DNA from: Prorocentrum cordatum
Lineage: Eukaryota
Length of the DNA: 64,000 nt
Assembly (NCBI GenBank): GCA_963575745.1
Contig: CAUYUJ010000097.1
Coordinates: 1 to 64,000 of the forward strand
Direction: 5' to 3'
The notes beneath the pieces are model-generated. The model did not search any database and was not told where the DNA came from. It saw only the letters and a program-made list of their open reading frames with translations. How positions within the stretch are numbered: position 1 is the first letter of the stretch; the number at the start of each line of letters is the position of its first letter. A program made the translations under genes and the position numbers. Below are positions 11,101-23,585 of the stretch, one piece after another.

Positions 11101-14100
11101 TCGCCCGCTCGCGCTGCCGGCGCGCAGTCGTCTCGCTCTGGCCCTGCGGCCCGAGGTCGACACGGCCATGGCGGGCCGCTCTCGCGCCCGCCCCCCGCTG
11201 ACGCAGAGGTCGTGTGGCCGAGTGGCCAAGAGTGCAGCGCCAGATCCGCCAGCGCGCGAAAGACCGCCGGCGTTTCCAGGCGATGGAGATTCGGGGGCTG
11301 CTGCGGGGGCGCAGAGGGCGGGGGTATCGAGCGCAACCTTCCATCGGCGCGCCGTGCGCTGAGCCTTCCATGCCATGGGCCATCGACGACGTCGCGGCCC
11401 GCCATTCCGCGCCGTTGGCGCGGCGGCGGGCCATGCCAAGATTCCGACTTCCCCGCGGTTGGGGGGTGGGCCCTGCTTTCCAGGACGGGCAGGGGCGCCC
11501 TGGTCGCATCGAAAGCGGAGCGCAACAACTCGCCCGGGATACCCTTGCATCTTTGTTGGCCGTGTGTCCCTTTTCGGTGACCCGACCAGGGCCCCGTATT
11601 TGTTCTGCGCGTCCTCCATGCCGCGCGAAACTCCTCAGAGGAGGCGTTCGGCGGCGCCCTTCGACCCTTCGGAGCCCGCGCAGAAGTTGCTCGCCCTGCG
11701 GGCCCGGCTGCGGCGGGCCGCCGAACGCGGCCAGCGCCTCGGAGCGCCCGTCCGGGCGGAATGGCACGCTTTGGAAGCGCGCAGACTCGCCCGAAACATC
11801 GCCGAGGAGGGCCTCGCGCAGGCCGCGCGGGATTTCGTCGGCGACTGGTCGCCTGCAAGGGCGGCGCTCGTTGCAGCGCCCTCTGGCCTTCGCTGCCAGC
11901 GCTGCCGGCGCCCCCCCCCCCTCCCGACTACGCATTTCATTCCATCCAATTCCATTTCACTCCATGGATCTCCTTAATTCTTATCCAATCTCACTAACTC
12001 TCATTGGATCTCACTAAATCCCACTAAATCGTATTAAATCTCATTAGATCTCATTACATCCCATTAATCTCCGTAAATCTCAGTAGATCTCACTAAATGT
12101 CATTATCATTCAATCCAGTTAAATTTCATTACATCTCATTGAATCTGACCAAATCCCATTGAATCGCATTCAAGTTCCCTAAATATCATTAACATCTAGC
12201 AACTAACAACATAAAACAACACTACATCTTATTACATCTCTGCAAATCGCATTACATCTCCCTGAATTTCACTCAAGATCACTATCACTAAATCCCCTGA
12301 ACTTGGATTAGATATCATTAGAGCTCACTAGATCTCACTGGGGCTCATGAAATCTTCGTAAATCCAATTGAATCCCACTGGATCCCAATAGGCCCCGCCA
12401 GGACGGCGGTAGAAGGAGTGGAAGCAGGAAGGGCCCAGTCTGGGTATGATAACTACTGGGGTCCGGTGGGATTCACTAGGATTTACTGAGATCTATTGAA
12501 ATCTATTGAAATCTAGAAAGATTTAGTGAGATGCAATGAGATCTACTGGGGGTTAAGGAGACATCTTGAGATTCAGTGAGATTAGGTGAGATGTCGTGAG
12601 CGTCGTGAATCTTAATACGGTCGTTTGATCTGTACTGGGTCGTTGTGATGGGGCGCAAGGGGGATCTCGCGGGAATGTAATGGACCGAAATAGAGTGTCG
12701 TCAGGGGAGGGGGGAAGGGGGGAGCGCTGGCAGCGCTCGCAGCGAGGGCCGAAGGGCGCTGCGACGAACGCCGCCGTCGCGAGGGAACAGCCGCGGGCCG
12801 CCAGTCGCCGACGGACTCCCGCGCGGCCCGCGCGAGGCCCTCCTCGGTCTCGGGCGAGCCTGCGCACGCAGTGCGTGCCGTTCCGCCCGGGCGGGCGCCC
12901 CGAGGTGCAAGTCGCGTTCGGTGGCCCGAGGAGGAGGAGGAGGAGGAGGAGGAGGAGGAGGAGGAGGAGGAGGAGGACACAACGTTCAGGCCCGCAGGGC
13001 GAGAAACGTCTGCGCGGGCCCCGGAGGGTCGCGGGCGCCGCGGGACACTTTTTTGGTAAACAGTTTCACGCGACAGGAGGGGCCGACAGAAAATGATGCA
13101 AGGCCCTGATCGGGTCACCAAATGTGGGGCATGTGGCAGATGATGGGCGAAGCCAGAAAACAAGGGATACACGGGCACCTCGGGCGAGTCGCTGCGCTTC
13201 GCTGTCGATGCAGCCGGAACGCCTGGGCACGCAGCGTTTTGAAGCCCCCTTGCCCGCCCTGGAAGGCGGTGCCTCTCTCCGACCGCGGGAGGCGCGAACT
13301 CTTGGCATTGCCCGCCGCCGCGCCAGCGGCGCAGCATGGCGGGCCGCGACGTCGTCGATGGCCCATGACATGGGCGGGCCAGCGCGCGGCGCACCGATGA
13401 ACGGAGCGCAACCTGCGCGGCGCCCCCGCCCTCTGCGCCCCCACATCGGCCCACGAATCTTCGTCGCCTGGGAGCGCTTGCGGTCTCTCCTGCGCTGGCG
13501 GATCCCGCGCCGCGCACTCGTCGGCCAAGTTGCCATCTGGCCGCGCGCCCTCTGCGCCGGCGGGGGGCGCGAGAGCGGCCCGCCATGGCCGTGTGGAGCT
13601 CGGGCGGCAGGGCCAGGGCGAGATGGCTACGCGCCGGCAGCGCGAGCGGGCGATCTCCGCCATCCCTGGCGGAGGGCGACGAAGAAAACGAGGGGGGAGG
13701 GGCAGGGGGGGAGGGGGGGGGCCGACTTATCCTCGCGAGCATCGGCGCCCAGCTGCTCGACATGTTTGCGCGCGCGCGCTGCGGCGACAAACGCGGCGCA
13801 AGACCACGGCAGGTTGCCACTCGCAAGACCACGGCAGGTGGCCACTCGAGCCCCTCGGCTCGCCGACCGACCGAAGGCCCGCGAGTCGCCCCTCCCCTTC
13901 CCTCGCCTTCCCTCTTCTTCCCCGCCCCTCCCTCCCGAACAGGGGGACGCAGGGCCCCGTTTAGGTGGCGTCCCATCGCTGCCCCCCTCTCTTCCGCCCC
14001 CCGTGTAGGCGAGCAAATACGCAGGGCGGAACTTGCCGTCGGCAGCATAGATAACGCCGAACGCCGTCAGACGTTTTGATCCCTTTCCCTTCCCCTCGCC

Positions 14101-15008
14101 GCCCTCCCCGCCCCCCCGCCCCCCCCCCTCCCCGAGTGAAGGGCGATGGAGCCCCCGGCGAATGCCGACATGGATCGCGGAACCCTTTTTCCCAAAAACC
14201 CGGGGACGTGAACACATCTGCTCCAAAATTAGCATGCGTTCTGGGCCGTTGGAGGCAGTTTTCGGGCCCAGGGACCGTCGAAACAGGGCTCGCTCGCTCG
14301 AAGAGGGGACCTGGCCCGCAGGAAAGCCGACGGTCGAACATATCGAGCCGTCGGAGGTCGAAAAGAGAAGATCCGAAATACAAACATACCAGTTGGCAAG
14401 AACTTTGGGCTGATCGGGGCCAGCGTCGGATCTTCGGGCCCCGCCAGGGTGCGCGGATCGCCGATGCTCTGCACGCGCGATGCGCTCTGCGCTCGCGCCG
14501 TGCACTTTTGACGTTCCGCGCGAACGCAATCAGGGATACCAAAAAGTACCAACGCCGCTGCTCCCCGGACCTCTCCCGGGGCGCGTTTTGACGACGAGGG
14601 CCCCGCATGAGACCGGGAAAGGGGATAACGGGCGAGAGGCAGCGGCATGGGTGCCTCTTTTTCCTCTGAGCATCGAAAGAGCGACGCGAGGATGCCAGGG
14701 GGCGCCGCGGACACCATAATCCAAATGAGCGAGGGAAAAAATGAAGCCCGCGAGCTCGACCCCCCCTCCTCCTCGTCCTCCTCCTTCTCTTCCTTCTCCT
14801 CCTCCTCCTCCTCTTCCTGCTCCTCCTCATCCGTTTCCCCCCCTCCTCCTTCTCATCCCCCTCGCCGTGATGATCAGATATCTCTGATTTCCAGAGGGGG
14901 GAGACGAGGGGGGGATTTATGTCCAAGCCATTTGCGGGCGCAACTCCGATGCAGTGCGCGCGCACTGACGCGCTGCCACGAGGACAACGGAAAAAGGAGA
15001 GAGAGAAC

Positions 15009-15042
<34 letters not shown>

Positions 15043-15226
15043 GAGAGGGAGAGAGAGAGAGAGACAGGGAGAGGAGGACAGGGCTGGCACCCGCCGCAGA
15101 GAGAGGCGCGCACCGATGAGATAACGCTGCGCGCCCATCGCGCCGAAACAACCAGTGAGAGACAGTGGTAATGGAAGGGGTAGTGAGGGGATGTGCAAGA
15201 AGCGGACCGCATGCCAGACCTATGCC

Positions 15227-17568
15227 TTGAGCGCGCCCGTTGTGTTACAAGAGGGGGGATCGGGTTTGGAGTTACCGATAATTCCCTGTTTGAGCTTCCC
15301 TATAATTTCCCTATATTTCCCTAGTTCCAATAATTCCTTTTTAATTTCCTTATAATTCCTTATCGATTCCCTATAATTCCCGCCTGCCCCAACTAATGAT
15401 TATGGGCGTCAGTCATATTCGGTCTTACATGGTTAGCCGACATTCCTATATTACACGTAGAAGGGGGTGGGCTACAGGGAAACCACACCCGTAGACCTCA
15501 AAGGCCTACAGGAGCCCTGGGGAGCCACGGGAGGAGGCACGGGAGGAGGCACGGGAGGAGGCACGGGCTCGGCATTCGAAGCTCTCGCTTGCTCCAGCTG
15601 CTGAGGAGGGCCCTCACCAGGGGGCCTCGTCGGGCCCTCGGGGTCTCGAGGGTCCCGAGGAGAGGGCCCGGAAGAGGTGGAGGAAGAGGAGGAGGAGGAG
15701 GAGGAGGAGGAGGAGGAGGAGGAGGAGGTCCCGAGTGAACGGGAATTACCGTCCAGGCATTACAGGGAAAAGTTTCCCGGGAGGTGGGGCCCCGGGAGGT
15801 GGGGGCCTTCCCGGTAATTCGTTGTGATTGTTCCCTACCTAGGCTCTGCCTAGAAGGGTTCTTACCGTGTTGGCTTAACTGGGCAGTGTTCCACGCCCAG
15901 GGCGGTTCCCCCAGGATCCGCCCCGCGGTTCCCCCAGTGACGTTCCCTTAGCTTAGCGTTGCTTATCTCATCTTAGCTTAGCTTATTTCACCTTAGCTTA
16001 GCGTAACTTCATCTTAGCTCAGGTTTATTCCCTACCTAGGCTCTGCCTAACTTTGTTTGCTTAAAGGGGCCGGGCAGTGTAAAACGCCCCGGGCGGTTCC
16101 CCCAGTCCCCGCCCCGCGGTTCCCCCAGTTGCGCCCCTTGGGTTCCCCTAGCTTAGCTTAGCTTAGCTTACCTTAGTTTAGCTTAGCTCAGCTTAGCTTA
16201 GCGTATCTCATTTTAGCTTAGCTTAGCTTAGCTTAGCTTTGCCTCGCCTAGCTTAGCTTAGTTTAGCTTAGCTTTGCTTATCGCATATTAGCTTAGCTTA
16301 GCTTTTCTTAGCTTGGCTTAGCTTAGCCTAGCTTAGCCTAGCCTAGCCTAGCTTAGCTTAGCTCAGCTTAGCATAGCTTAGCTCACCTTAGCTTAGCTAA
16401 GCGCAGCGCAGCATAGCGCAGCGCAGCATTAGCACATCATATCATAGCATAGCCAAACATAGCATACCATCGCATAGCATAGCTCAGCATAACATAGCGC
16501 AGCATAGCACAGCAGAACATTGCATAGCGCAGCATAGCATAGCATTGCTTAGCATAGCACAGCGCATCATATCATAGCATGGCACAGCATAGCATAGCAT
16601 AGCATAGCATAGCATAGCGCAGCATAGCGCAGCAAATCATATCATAGCATAGCATAGCACAGCATAGCATAGCGCAGCATATCATAGCATATCATAGCAT
16701 ATCATATCATATCATATCATAGCATAGCGCAGCATAACATAGAATAACATAGCATAGCATAGCGCAGCATAGCATAGCATAGCATAGCATGGTATAGCCT
16801 AGCATCACACAGCATATGTACATGTAGTTGTCGGTGTAGATGTAGATGTTGCTTTCCTAAATGCTCCAACTGCTAGGTAGGGTCGCACTGGGATAATTTG
16901 AATCAGTGTAACTATCGGGAAAGTATCGGGAAGAGTTCCCGGGAGGTGGGGCCCCAGGAGGTCCCCGGGAGGTCCGTTAACTTTGGACGGTAATCCCCGA
17001 ACCCTAGGACGGCACTCCCCAGCAGTGCTAGTCATGTGGGGCGAGGGGACGGGGGAGCTCGGGTTGCTCTCCTGCAGTTGCGCCTCGCCGAGAGCCTTCC
17101 AGAGGCGCCGCAGTCGGCCCGGACGGCCGCCTGAGGCCCGAGGAGGATCCAGGCCCCGCCCCCCTCGGGCGCCAGGCTGACGAGTCCCTCGAGACCGAGC
17201 TTGACAGGTTTATCGACGATATCTCTCCTCCTCCTCCTCCTCCTCCTCCTCCTCCTCCTCCTCCTCCTCCTCCTCCTCCGTCTCCTCCTGTATGCGAACG
17301 CACCCACTGGGGACTTGGAGTCGAAAAGTAATACATAAGGGGATACAAGAGAATTAACGGGAATACAAGACAATTAACGGGATTACGTGACAAGACAATT
17401 AACGGGAAGACAAGACAATGAACGGGAAGACAAGACAATTCAAGGGAATACGAGACAATGCACGGGAATAATTAACGGGAAGGGAAGAATTACGGGGAAG
17501 GGAATTAAAGGGAAATGAAATCAGCTCAAAACCCGATCACCCCCTAGTAACACAACGGGCGCGCTCAA
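15227..17568. mobile_element. Non-autonomous TIR element with 8-bp TSD (hAT-like), nested in the foldback arm
   Basis: TIR TTGAGCGCGCCCGTTGTGTTAC... / ...GTAACACAACGGGCGCGCTCAA. TSD CCTATGCC at 15219-15226 and 17569-17576. Confidence 0.9.
15945..16805. repeat. Pentanucleotide satellite, (GCTTA)n switching to (GCATA)n at ~16400
   Basis: Direct reading. Confidence 0.95.
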
Positions 17569-17910
17569 CCTATGCCCAAGGTCGCGCTGGCGCTTCTCAG
17601 GAGTACGAGCCAAGCACGCGGGTCCAACTTTCAAGCGCTGACGGCCACTAAACCGCACTAAAACTAACATTTGGAGTTAAAATGAAGCTCCCATGCCTGG
17701 CCACCTGACTACGGCGCTCCGTGCGAATTTCTCGGATCGGCGCCCGGCCCCCCCCCCGGCAGCGCTTCTGGCGCGACTCTGGCGCGCTCCGCGCGCCCAG
17801 GATGGGGTCTAGCGCCGATCCAAGAGATCCGTGCTGACCTCCAGAAGTTTATGTTTCTGTTGCTTCGCTTCCTCGATTGTCACGAGCATGCGTTGAAAGA
17901 GGGACCGGAG

Positions 17911-17989
17911 GGAGCTTGATGGCCGGAACATGGCGATGCTGGTGAACGGCTTCTCCAAGGTGCGCGAGAACAACGCGCCGCTCATGGAG
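17911..17989 (+). CDS. HPR-like protein, exon C
   Basis: GAG|G...ATGGAG|GC. Encodes ELDGRNMAMLVNGFSKVRENNAPLME. Joins exon D in phase 0. Confidence 0.8.
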
Positions 17990-18289
17990 GCCGCACATCC
18001 GTGCCGTGAGCTGTCGGGGTACTTGGAGGAAGCAGGGTGAGGGGGCGGGGACACCCGCCTCCGTTTTTCAGCACCCGCGCTGCCAATCCGCAGGGAGTTG
18101 GCCGCCAGGTGAGCTCGCAGAAGCACGGTCTCGATGGCGCGGGCACCGGCGCGAAGGCTTCCGCGCGAGGTCCCGCCGGCGCCCTCTTCTCCACGCGGTG
18201 CGCCACGCGGGCGGCCCGCGTGAGCCGCCGCGTGAGGTCGCGATTGTCTCGCGTGAGACCAGTTCTTTTTTCCTCGCTCAGGTGTAGCG

Positions 18290-18452
18290 TTAAGTTGGGC
18301 ATGACCCTCTACAGGAGGAATATTCAAGAATAGTCAAAAGAACTAGCCCGGGGACCACTTTTGCACCATTTTGGACAATCTGGGGGAGTAGTTTTTGACT
18401 ATTTCTCATTTTTCGTCCACACTTCGCCTGTAGGGGCACATGCCCGACCTCA
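18290..18452. mobile_element. MITE, TTAAGTCGGGC-TIR family, 8-bp TSD
   Basis: TIRs TTAAGTTGGGCATGACCCTCTACAGG / CCTGTAGGGGCACATGCCCGACCTCA. TSD GTGTAGCG at 18282-18289 and 18453-18460. Confidence 0.9.
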
Positions 18453-21400
18453 GTGTAGCGTGAGACCAGCTCTCTTTCCCTCGCTCGGGTGTAGCGGCTG
18501 AGGGAGTGCTGATTCAGATTAAGGGAGCCTCGTGTAAGTCTGTCCCGCGGGTGCATGAACGTGCGCTAGCCTCTGGTCGTCGACGGGAAGGCGCCGATTC
18601 AGCGGCGATTTAGCGTCGATGTAGCGTCGGTGTAGCGTCCATCAGCGTCGACGAGCGTCGATTAGCATCGGTTAGCGTCGGCAAGCGTGGATTCGCAAGA
18701 GCCAGCAAGATGGCATGGGAGACTTCCAGGAGGTGCCCCCGAAGCACGGTCCTGGTGCTAGCCTGGTGTTCGTGAGTCTGCCCACGCATCAGAGTTTTTG
18801 AGGTCGCGGCCTCAACGCCTTGCCCCAAGACGAACAAGGAGAGACTGTACAAGCATAGATTGTTGGAGCTCTTCGAACTCCAACAGCTTATGCTTGTGCA
18901 TCGGCGATGCAGCGCGATCTTCCATCCCCAGCTACTCGAGCCCCATGCGAGAGGCCTCTAGTCGCGTTGAGTGGACGCCCCACGTGCCCCCCCCCTGCCT
19001 CCAACCTGCAGGGCAGTGCCGGCACGCTGGCGCGCCCGCCCTCCTCTCCGCCCCAGCTCCCCCCTCGCGCCTTCTTCGCCGGGCGCCAGCCAACGCTCGG
19101 GTCGGAGGAGGAGGAGGAGGAGGAGGAGGAGGAGGAGGAGGAGGAGGAGGAGGAGGAGGGGGGGAGGGAGGGAGGAGGAGGGAGGGAGGTGGAGGAGGAG
19201 GAGGAGGAGGAGGAGGAGGAGGGAGGAGGAGGAGGAGGAGGAGGAGGAGGAGGAGGAGGGCGAGGAGGAGGGAGGGCGAGGGGGGGGGCCCAGGCAGGAG
19301 GGCGGCGCGAGCGGCCGCACGGGCGGAGCGCTCGCCGCCGCAGCCGGGGGCACCTCGGGGGCAGGGGGGGGGGGGGGGGGGCACCCTCCAGCGGCCGCCC
19401 AGGCTGGGGCCGCCCAGGGGGCGCAGGAGGGATCGGGGAGGAGGAGCCGAGGAATCGAGTGGGAGGAGGTGGAGGAGGAGGTGGAGGTGGTGGTGGTGGA
19501 GGAGGTGGAGGAGGAGGAGGTGGAGGTGGTGGTGGTGGTGGTGGGGGGGGGGGAGGTGGTGGAGGTGGTGGTGGAGGTGGAGGTGGAGGTGGTGGTGGTG
19601 GTGGGGGCCGCCCGGGGGGCGCGGGAGGGATCGGGGAGGAGGAGTCGCGGAATCGAGTGGGAATGGGAATGACGTCGAGCAAGAGTCCAAGCACGGACCC
19701 CTGCTGCGCTGAGGAGAGAAGGGGACCCAGCCAACCACTGGCTTAGCAGTCGGCCTGAGCCCCTGAGGCCCTCACCCTCTCTTGGGGTACAGCCCACGAG
19801 GAATCGAGTGGGAGGAGGTGGAGGTGGAGGTGGAGGTGGTGGCGGTGGAGGAGGAAGAGGGAGGAAGGGCTGCGCTCCAGCAGCCGCGCCTCGCCGGGAG
19901 CGCACCGGATCGCCCCCCGGAGCGGCCGCGGGAGGCCGGGGAGGCGTGGCCCGGAGAGCGCCAAGGGCGCCGCCGGTGCGGGGGGCTCCCAGAAGCGTGC
20001 GGTGGCCACACCGTGCGGCGAGTCATGGGAGGGGTTCGGGGTGGCCGCACGCGGTGCTGCGGCTCGGGTCGTGCTCCGGGGACGTCTCGGTCGATGGGGG
20101 CCTCCAGGGCCCCCCAGGGCGTGCGGAGGCGGGCCGGGCGGTGAGGTCGTGGGAGAGTGCGAGGTCGCCGCACGGTTTCCGGGCCCCCAGATAGGCTCGA
20201 GCGGCATCGGCAGAGACGTCTCGGCAAGAGGCTCAGCGCACAGGAGTGTTCGAGAGTGTGGAGGCGGGTTCCCCTGCTTGGCTCATCCTTCGACGGGTAT
20301 GAATCCGAAGACGCTCCTTTGGTTGCAGCTAGCTTAATGGATTGCGTAAAACTTCAGGAGCATCGGAAATGCCTGGAAAGTGCATCCGACAAGTGAGATC
20401 GAGTGTTGTTGAGATGCACTGAGATGTTAGTTAGGCGATAGTAAGTGCTGCTTTCTGTTGATGGCGATTCCCTCGATGAGGACGTCGCGGCGTGAGCAGA
20501 AGAGAGCAGTCATTTCGACGAGGACCAAGAGCAGCAGGAAGAGTGTGAGCAGGTGCAATATGAGTAGGAGAGGATCCGAAAGGACAAATCGACACAGACA
20601 CAAATAAACGGTTATTTCAATGAAAAGGTTTGATAATATTGGAAATGGAGGGGAAGACGGAAATCCAGAAAATATGCAAACATGGGGATTCCTGAATTTT
20701 GTCGGAATTTGTGGTTTATTGAAGAGGCCTGACGGCAGTTGCCGCCGACCCTGATCGAAAGGGCTAGGAGTGGGGGGAGGAAGCGGAGGAGGAGGAGGAG
20801 GAGGCGGAGGAGGAGGAGGAGGAGGCGGGGGAGGAGAAGCGGGAGGAGCAGCAGGAGGAGGAGGAGGAGGAGGAGGAGAAGAAGGAGGGGGAGGAGGAGA
20901 GGAGGAGGAGGAGGAGGAGGAAGTGCATCCTTTGTGTGCCCGCTCGAAGAAAGTGCGCCCCGGGAGTGTGATATTCTGACTTGGGACGTGCTCCCGGAAG
21001 AGGAAGAAGTGCATCTCGGGCGTGCCCGCTCGAGGAAAATGCGCCCTAGGGGGGTGGTATTTTGACTCGGGGCCCGCTCCCGGGACGCCTCTGCGGGAGG
21101 AGGAGGAGGAGGAGGAGGAGGAGGAGGAGAAGGAGGAGAGGAGCAGGAGGAGGAGGAGGAGGAGGAGGAGGAGGAGGAGGAGGAGGAGGAGGAAGGAGGA
21201 GGAGGAGCATCCCGTGCGTGCCCGCTCGAGGAAAGTGCGCCCCGGCGGGCGTCGTATCTGCCCTGGGCCCCCTCCCCCCCCCCCCCTGCGGGGAAGGGAT
21301 CAAAGGGAAGGGGCTTCCCTTCGACTCCACTACGACGTCGTTTAATTTCGCTTTGGATAGCGCGCTTGAGGAGGAGAGCCCTGGGAGGGGGAGAACAGAC

Positions 21401-21539
21401 GACGAAGACGACGAGTCGAACGGAGAAGCCCCTCACACACGCCGACAGGGTCGGCGGATTATATCCAAGAGGCTCACGTCTTTCTGCCGACCCCCATCAC
21501 AGTGATTTCGTCAAGCGGTTTGCCACCATGCCTGGCTTG

Positions 21540-22318
21540 TGGGTCAAGAGCCCTGGGGGTGCATGTGAGGGTCTCCTGGAATGCCTCTCAGGTCCATTTT
21601 GGAGGGCTCATGGGAGCATCTGGTTGGCTTTGGGGGGCCTGTCGGGGCCTCTTGGGTACATCTGGGGTGCCTCGTGGAGGCCTCTTGGGGGCGCTCCGGG
21701 GGTCACTAGTGGGCTCTTGGGGCGATCACGGCGGGAAAGACTCGAGGTGTCAGTTTGTATTGCTCTTCTTGGGCCCCTCTTGGGGCCCTGCTGGGCCGTC
21801 TTAGGGGCCCCCGGGGCCCCCTTGGGGCCCTATTGGGGTCCTCTTGGGCCGTCTTGGGACGATCTTGGGGGCCCCTTGGGCCGTCTCGGACGCCGTCAAG
21901 ATGAACAAAGTACGAGCATGCTAGGACTACGCATTTTCCCAAGGGGGATGGGACGATGTTTGCCTCTTGGGGCTCTCTCGGCGGTCCTCTGGGAGCACCT
22001 GTGGGCTGTCGTGGGGGGGCACGAGGGCCGTCTCGGAGCCATTTGCGACCGTCGTGGGGCTATCTTCAGCTATCGCGACGCTTATGTGGACTGTCGTGAC
22101 CCATTCTTGGGCCGTCGTGGCGCTCTGGAGGCTGCTGAAGGCGCAGGGGATACGTTCAGGAGCTCGAACTCACCCCGCCCCACCTCGGGCCAGCCTCCCG
22201 GCCCCCCCCCCCTCTCATTGGATTTCAGACACCAGGGGAGGGGAAGCGGGGGAGGGGGATCGCCAATCATCTCACACGCCTTTGCACCCCCGACGGGCGG
22301 GTGTCGGTGGATTTGTGT
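21540..22318. repeat. Degenerate GGGCCGTCTTG/GGCCTCTTGG satellite-filled dispersed repeat
   Basis: The same motif fills 44370-45890, 48230-48500 (inverted), 50430-52780 and 56790-57080. This block ends in CACACGCC...GGGTGTCGGTGGAT. Confidence 0.75.
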
Positions 22319-22424
22319 GTCCATGGGCGCCGTTAGAAGAGCAGCAGCAGCAGCAGCAGCAGCATCAGCACCAGCATCAGCAGCAAGCGGATCAGGGACA
22401 TGCGCAGCAGGAGGCGGCCGGCAG

Positions 22425-22487
22425 GCGCTGGAGACGGGCCTGATCGACCGCATCGGCGAACTCAACGAGATCGACATCGCGACTGTG
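22425..22487 (+). CDS. HPR-like protein, exon D
   Basis: CAG|GCG...ACTGTG|GC, 63 bp. Encodes ALETGLIDRIGELNEIDIATV. Confidence 0.8.
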
Positions 22488-23264
22488 GCCCATCTTGGGG
22501 GGGCGAAAGAGGGGTGAGGACTACGAGGCAGGCGAAGAGAGGAAGGATCGGGATGACGCCGCCCGTGCAAGGGGATGAGGACGACGACGAGGAGCGGGAG
22601 GAGGCCGACGACTGCAGGGCCGACAAGGCGCGTGGCTCAGAGCGACGGGCCCCGCTGCCCCACGGAGCCTCGGCGCGCGCTCCGCCGTCGAGGCCAGAGG
22701 TCTCGTGCTTCGGGACCGATGCCGTGAGCCCGGCGCCGGCGCGTCGGACCCGTGGACCTCTGGCCCGTGGCAGGAGCGCGCGCCCGACGCCTTCTCAGCG
22801 CTGGCACGCGCGACTGTTTTTTTTGTGAGGGCCATCGGGCCTGCCCGCCCCGCCCCCCCCCCCGGATGCCCTGGCCGCGTCGCTTGGGCAGGTCCGACGG
22901 GGGCACAAGTACTGGTGCGTGCGGGCATGCGTGGGGCTGCCCTGCTGAGAGCACGGGTCGGGCCACCGGCCGTCCCCTCCCCCAATCCCGGATAGCCCCA
23001 GCCATAGCCGAAGAGCGAAAAGCGATCTCTAGGACGGGGCCACGACGAGGATGCCTCCGTTCCAGAGCGTGCTGAAACTCTCCTCAGAGCGTTCCGGGAC
23101 GCTCCGAGGAGGCCGCGGCGCCCGAGACATCCTCCGGAGCCGCTAGATCTCGTCGAGTCTCGAATCATCCTCACCCTATTTGACTTCGCCTTGGTGCGCG
23201 GTCGGCGTCGGAGGCGGTTCAATCCGCCCCCACCGCCACAGGAGGCCGGGGGGCCGCGGGGCAG

Positions 23265-23347
23265 GCGAACGGCTACGCGCGGCTATCGCTGGAGGCGCAC
23301 CGCCTGTTCGACGCGCTGCGGACGCCCATGCTCGACGCCGTGGGCAG
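23265..23347 (+). CDS. HPR-like protein, exon E
   Basis: CAG|GCG...GGCAG|GC. Encodes ANGYARLSLEAHRLFDALRTPMLDAVG(R). Ends in phase 2. Confidence 0.8.
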
Positions 23348-23431
23348 GCGGCTCGCCGTGGGCCCTGACAACAAGAGTAGGATGTGGGCGAAGAACTTGT
23401 CGTGGGCCATGGCCATGGGAAAGCAGCACAT

Positions 23432-23585
23432 TAGGGGGCCTCATGCGAACCCTACCCCTACCCCCCACGATTTCTGAGGGGGAGGGTGGGGTTCACTGCG
23501 TGCGGGAGCTCCCGAGCGGAGTGAACCCCACCCTCCCCCTCAGAACTCGTGGGGGGTAGGGGTGGGGTTCGCATTTGGCCCCCTG
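23432..23585. mobile_element. Near-perfect hairpin MITE, 5-bp TSD
   Basis: The whole element is palindromic (GGGGCC..TGCGAACCC..TTCTGAGGGGGAGGGTGGGGTTCACT and its reverse complement). CACAT on both flanks. Confidence 0.8.

Larger units (their letters stand above)
9420..17690. mobile_element. Large foldback element with diverged ~2.5-kb inverted arms; right arm interrupted by a nested insertion
   Basis: 9560-11940 matches the reverse complement of ~12690-15200. The outermost part, 9420-9545, matches the reverse complement of 17577-17690. The central AT-richer spacer has ATCTCATT-like repeats, also inverted. Confidence 0.8.

Noticed and set aside
10106..15151. Long overlapping R/A/G/P-rich ORFs (300-480 aa)
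   Set aside because: Stop-poor GC-rich foldback arms, open in several frames on both strands, with frames not conserved between the two arms.
15945..16400. Interstitial telomere
   Set aside because: The unit TTAGC is not the TTTAGGG repeat known for dinoflagellates, and it sits inside a TIR element.
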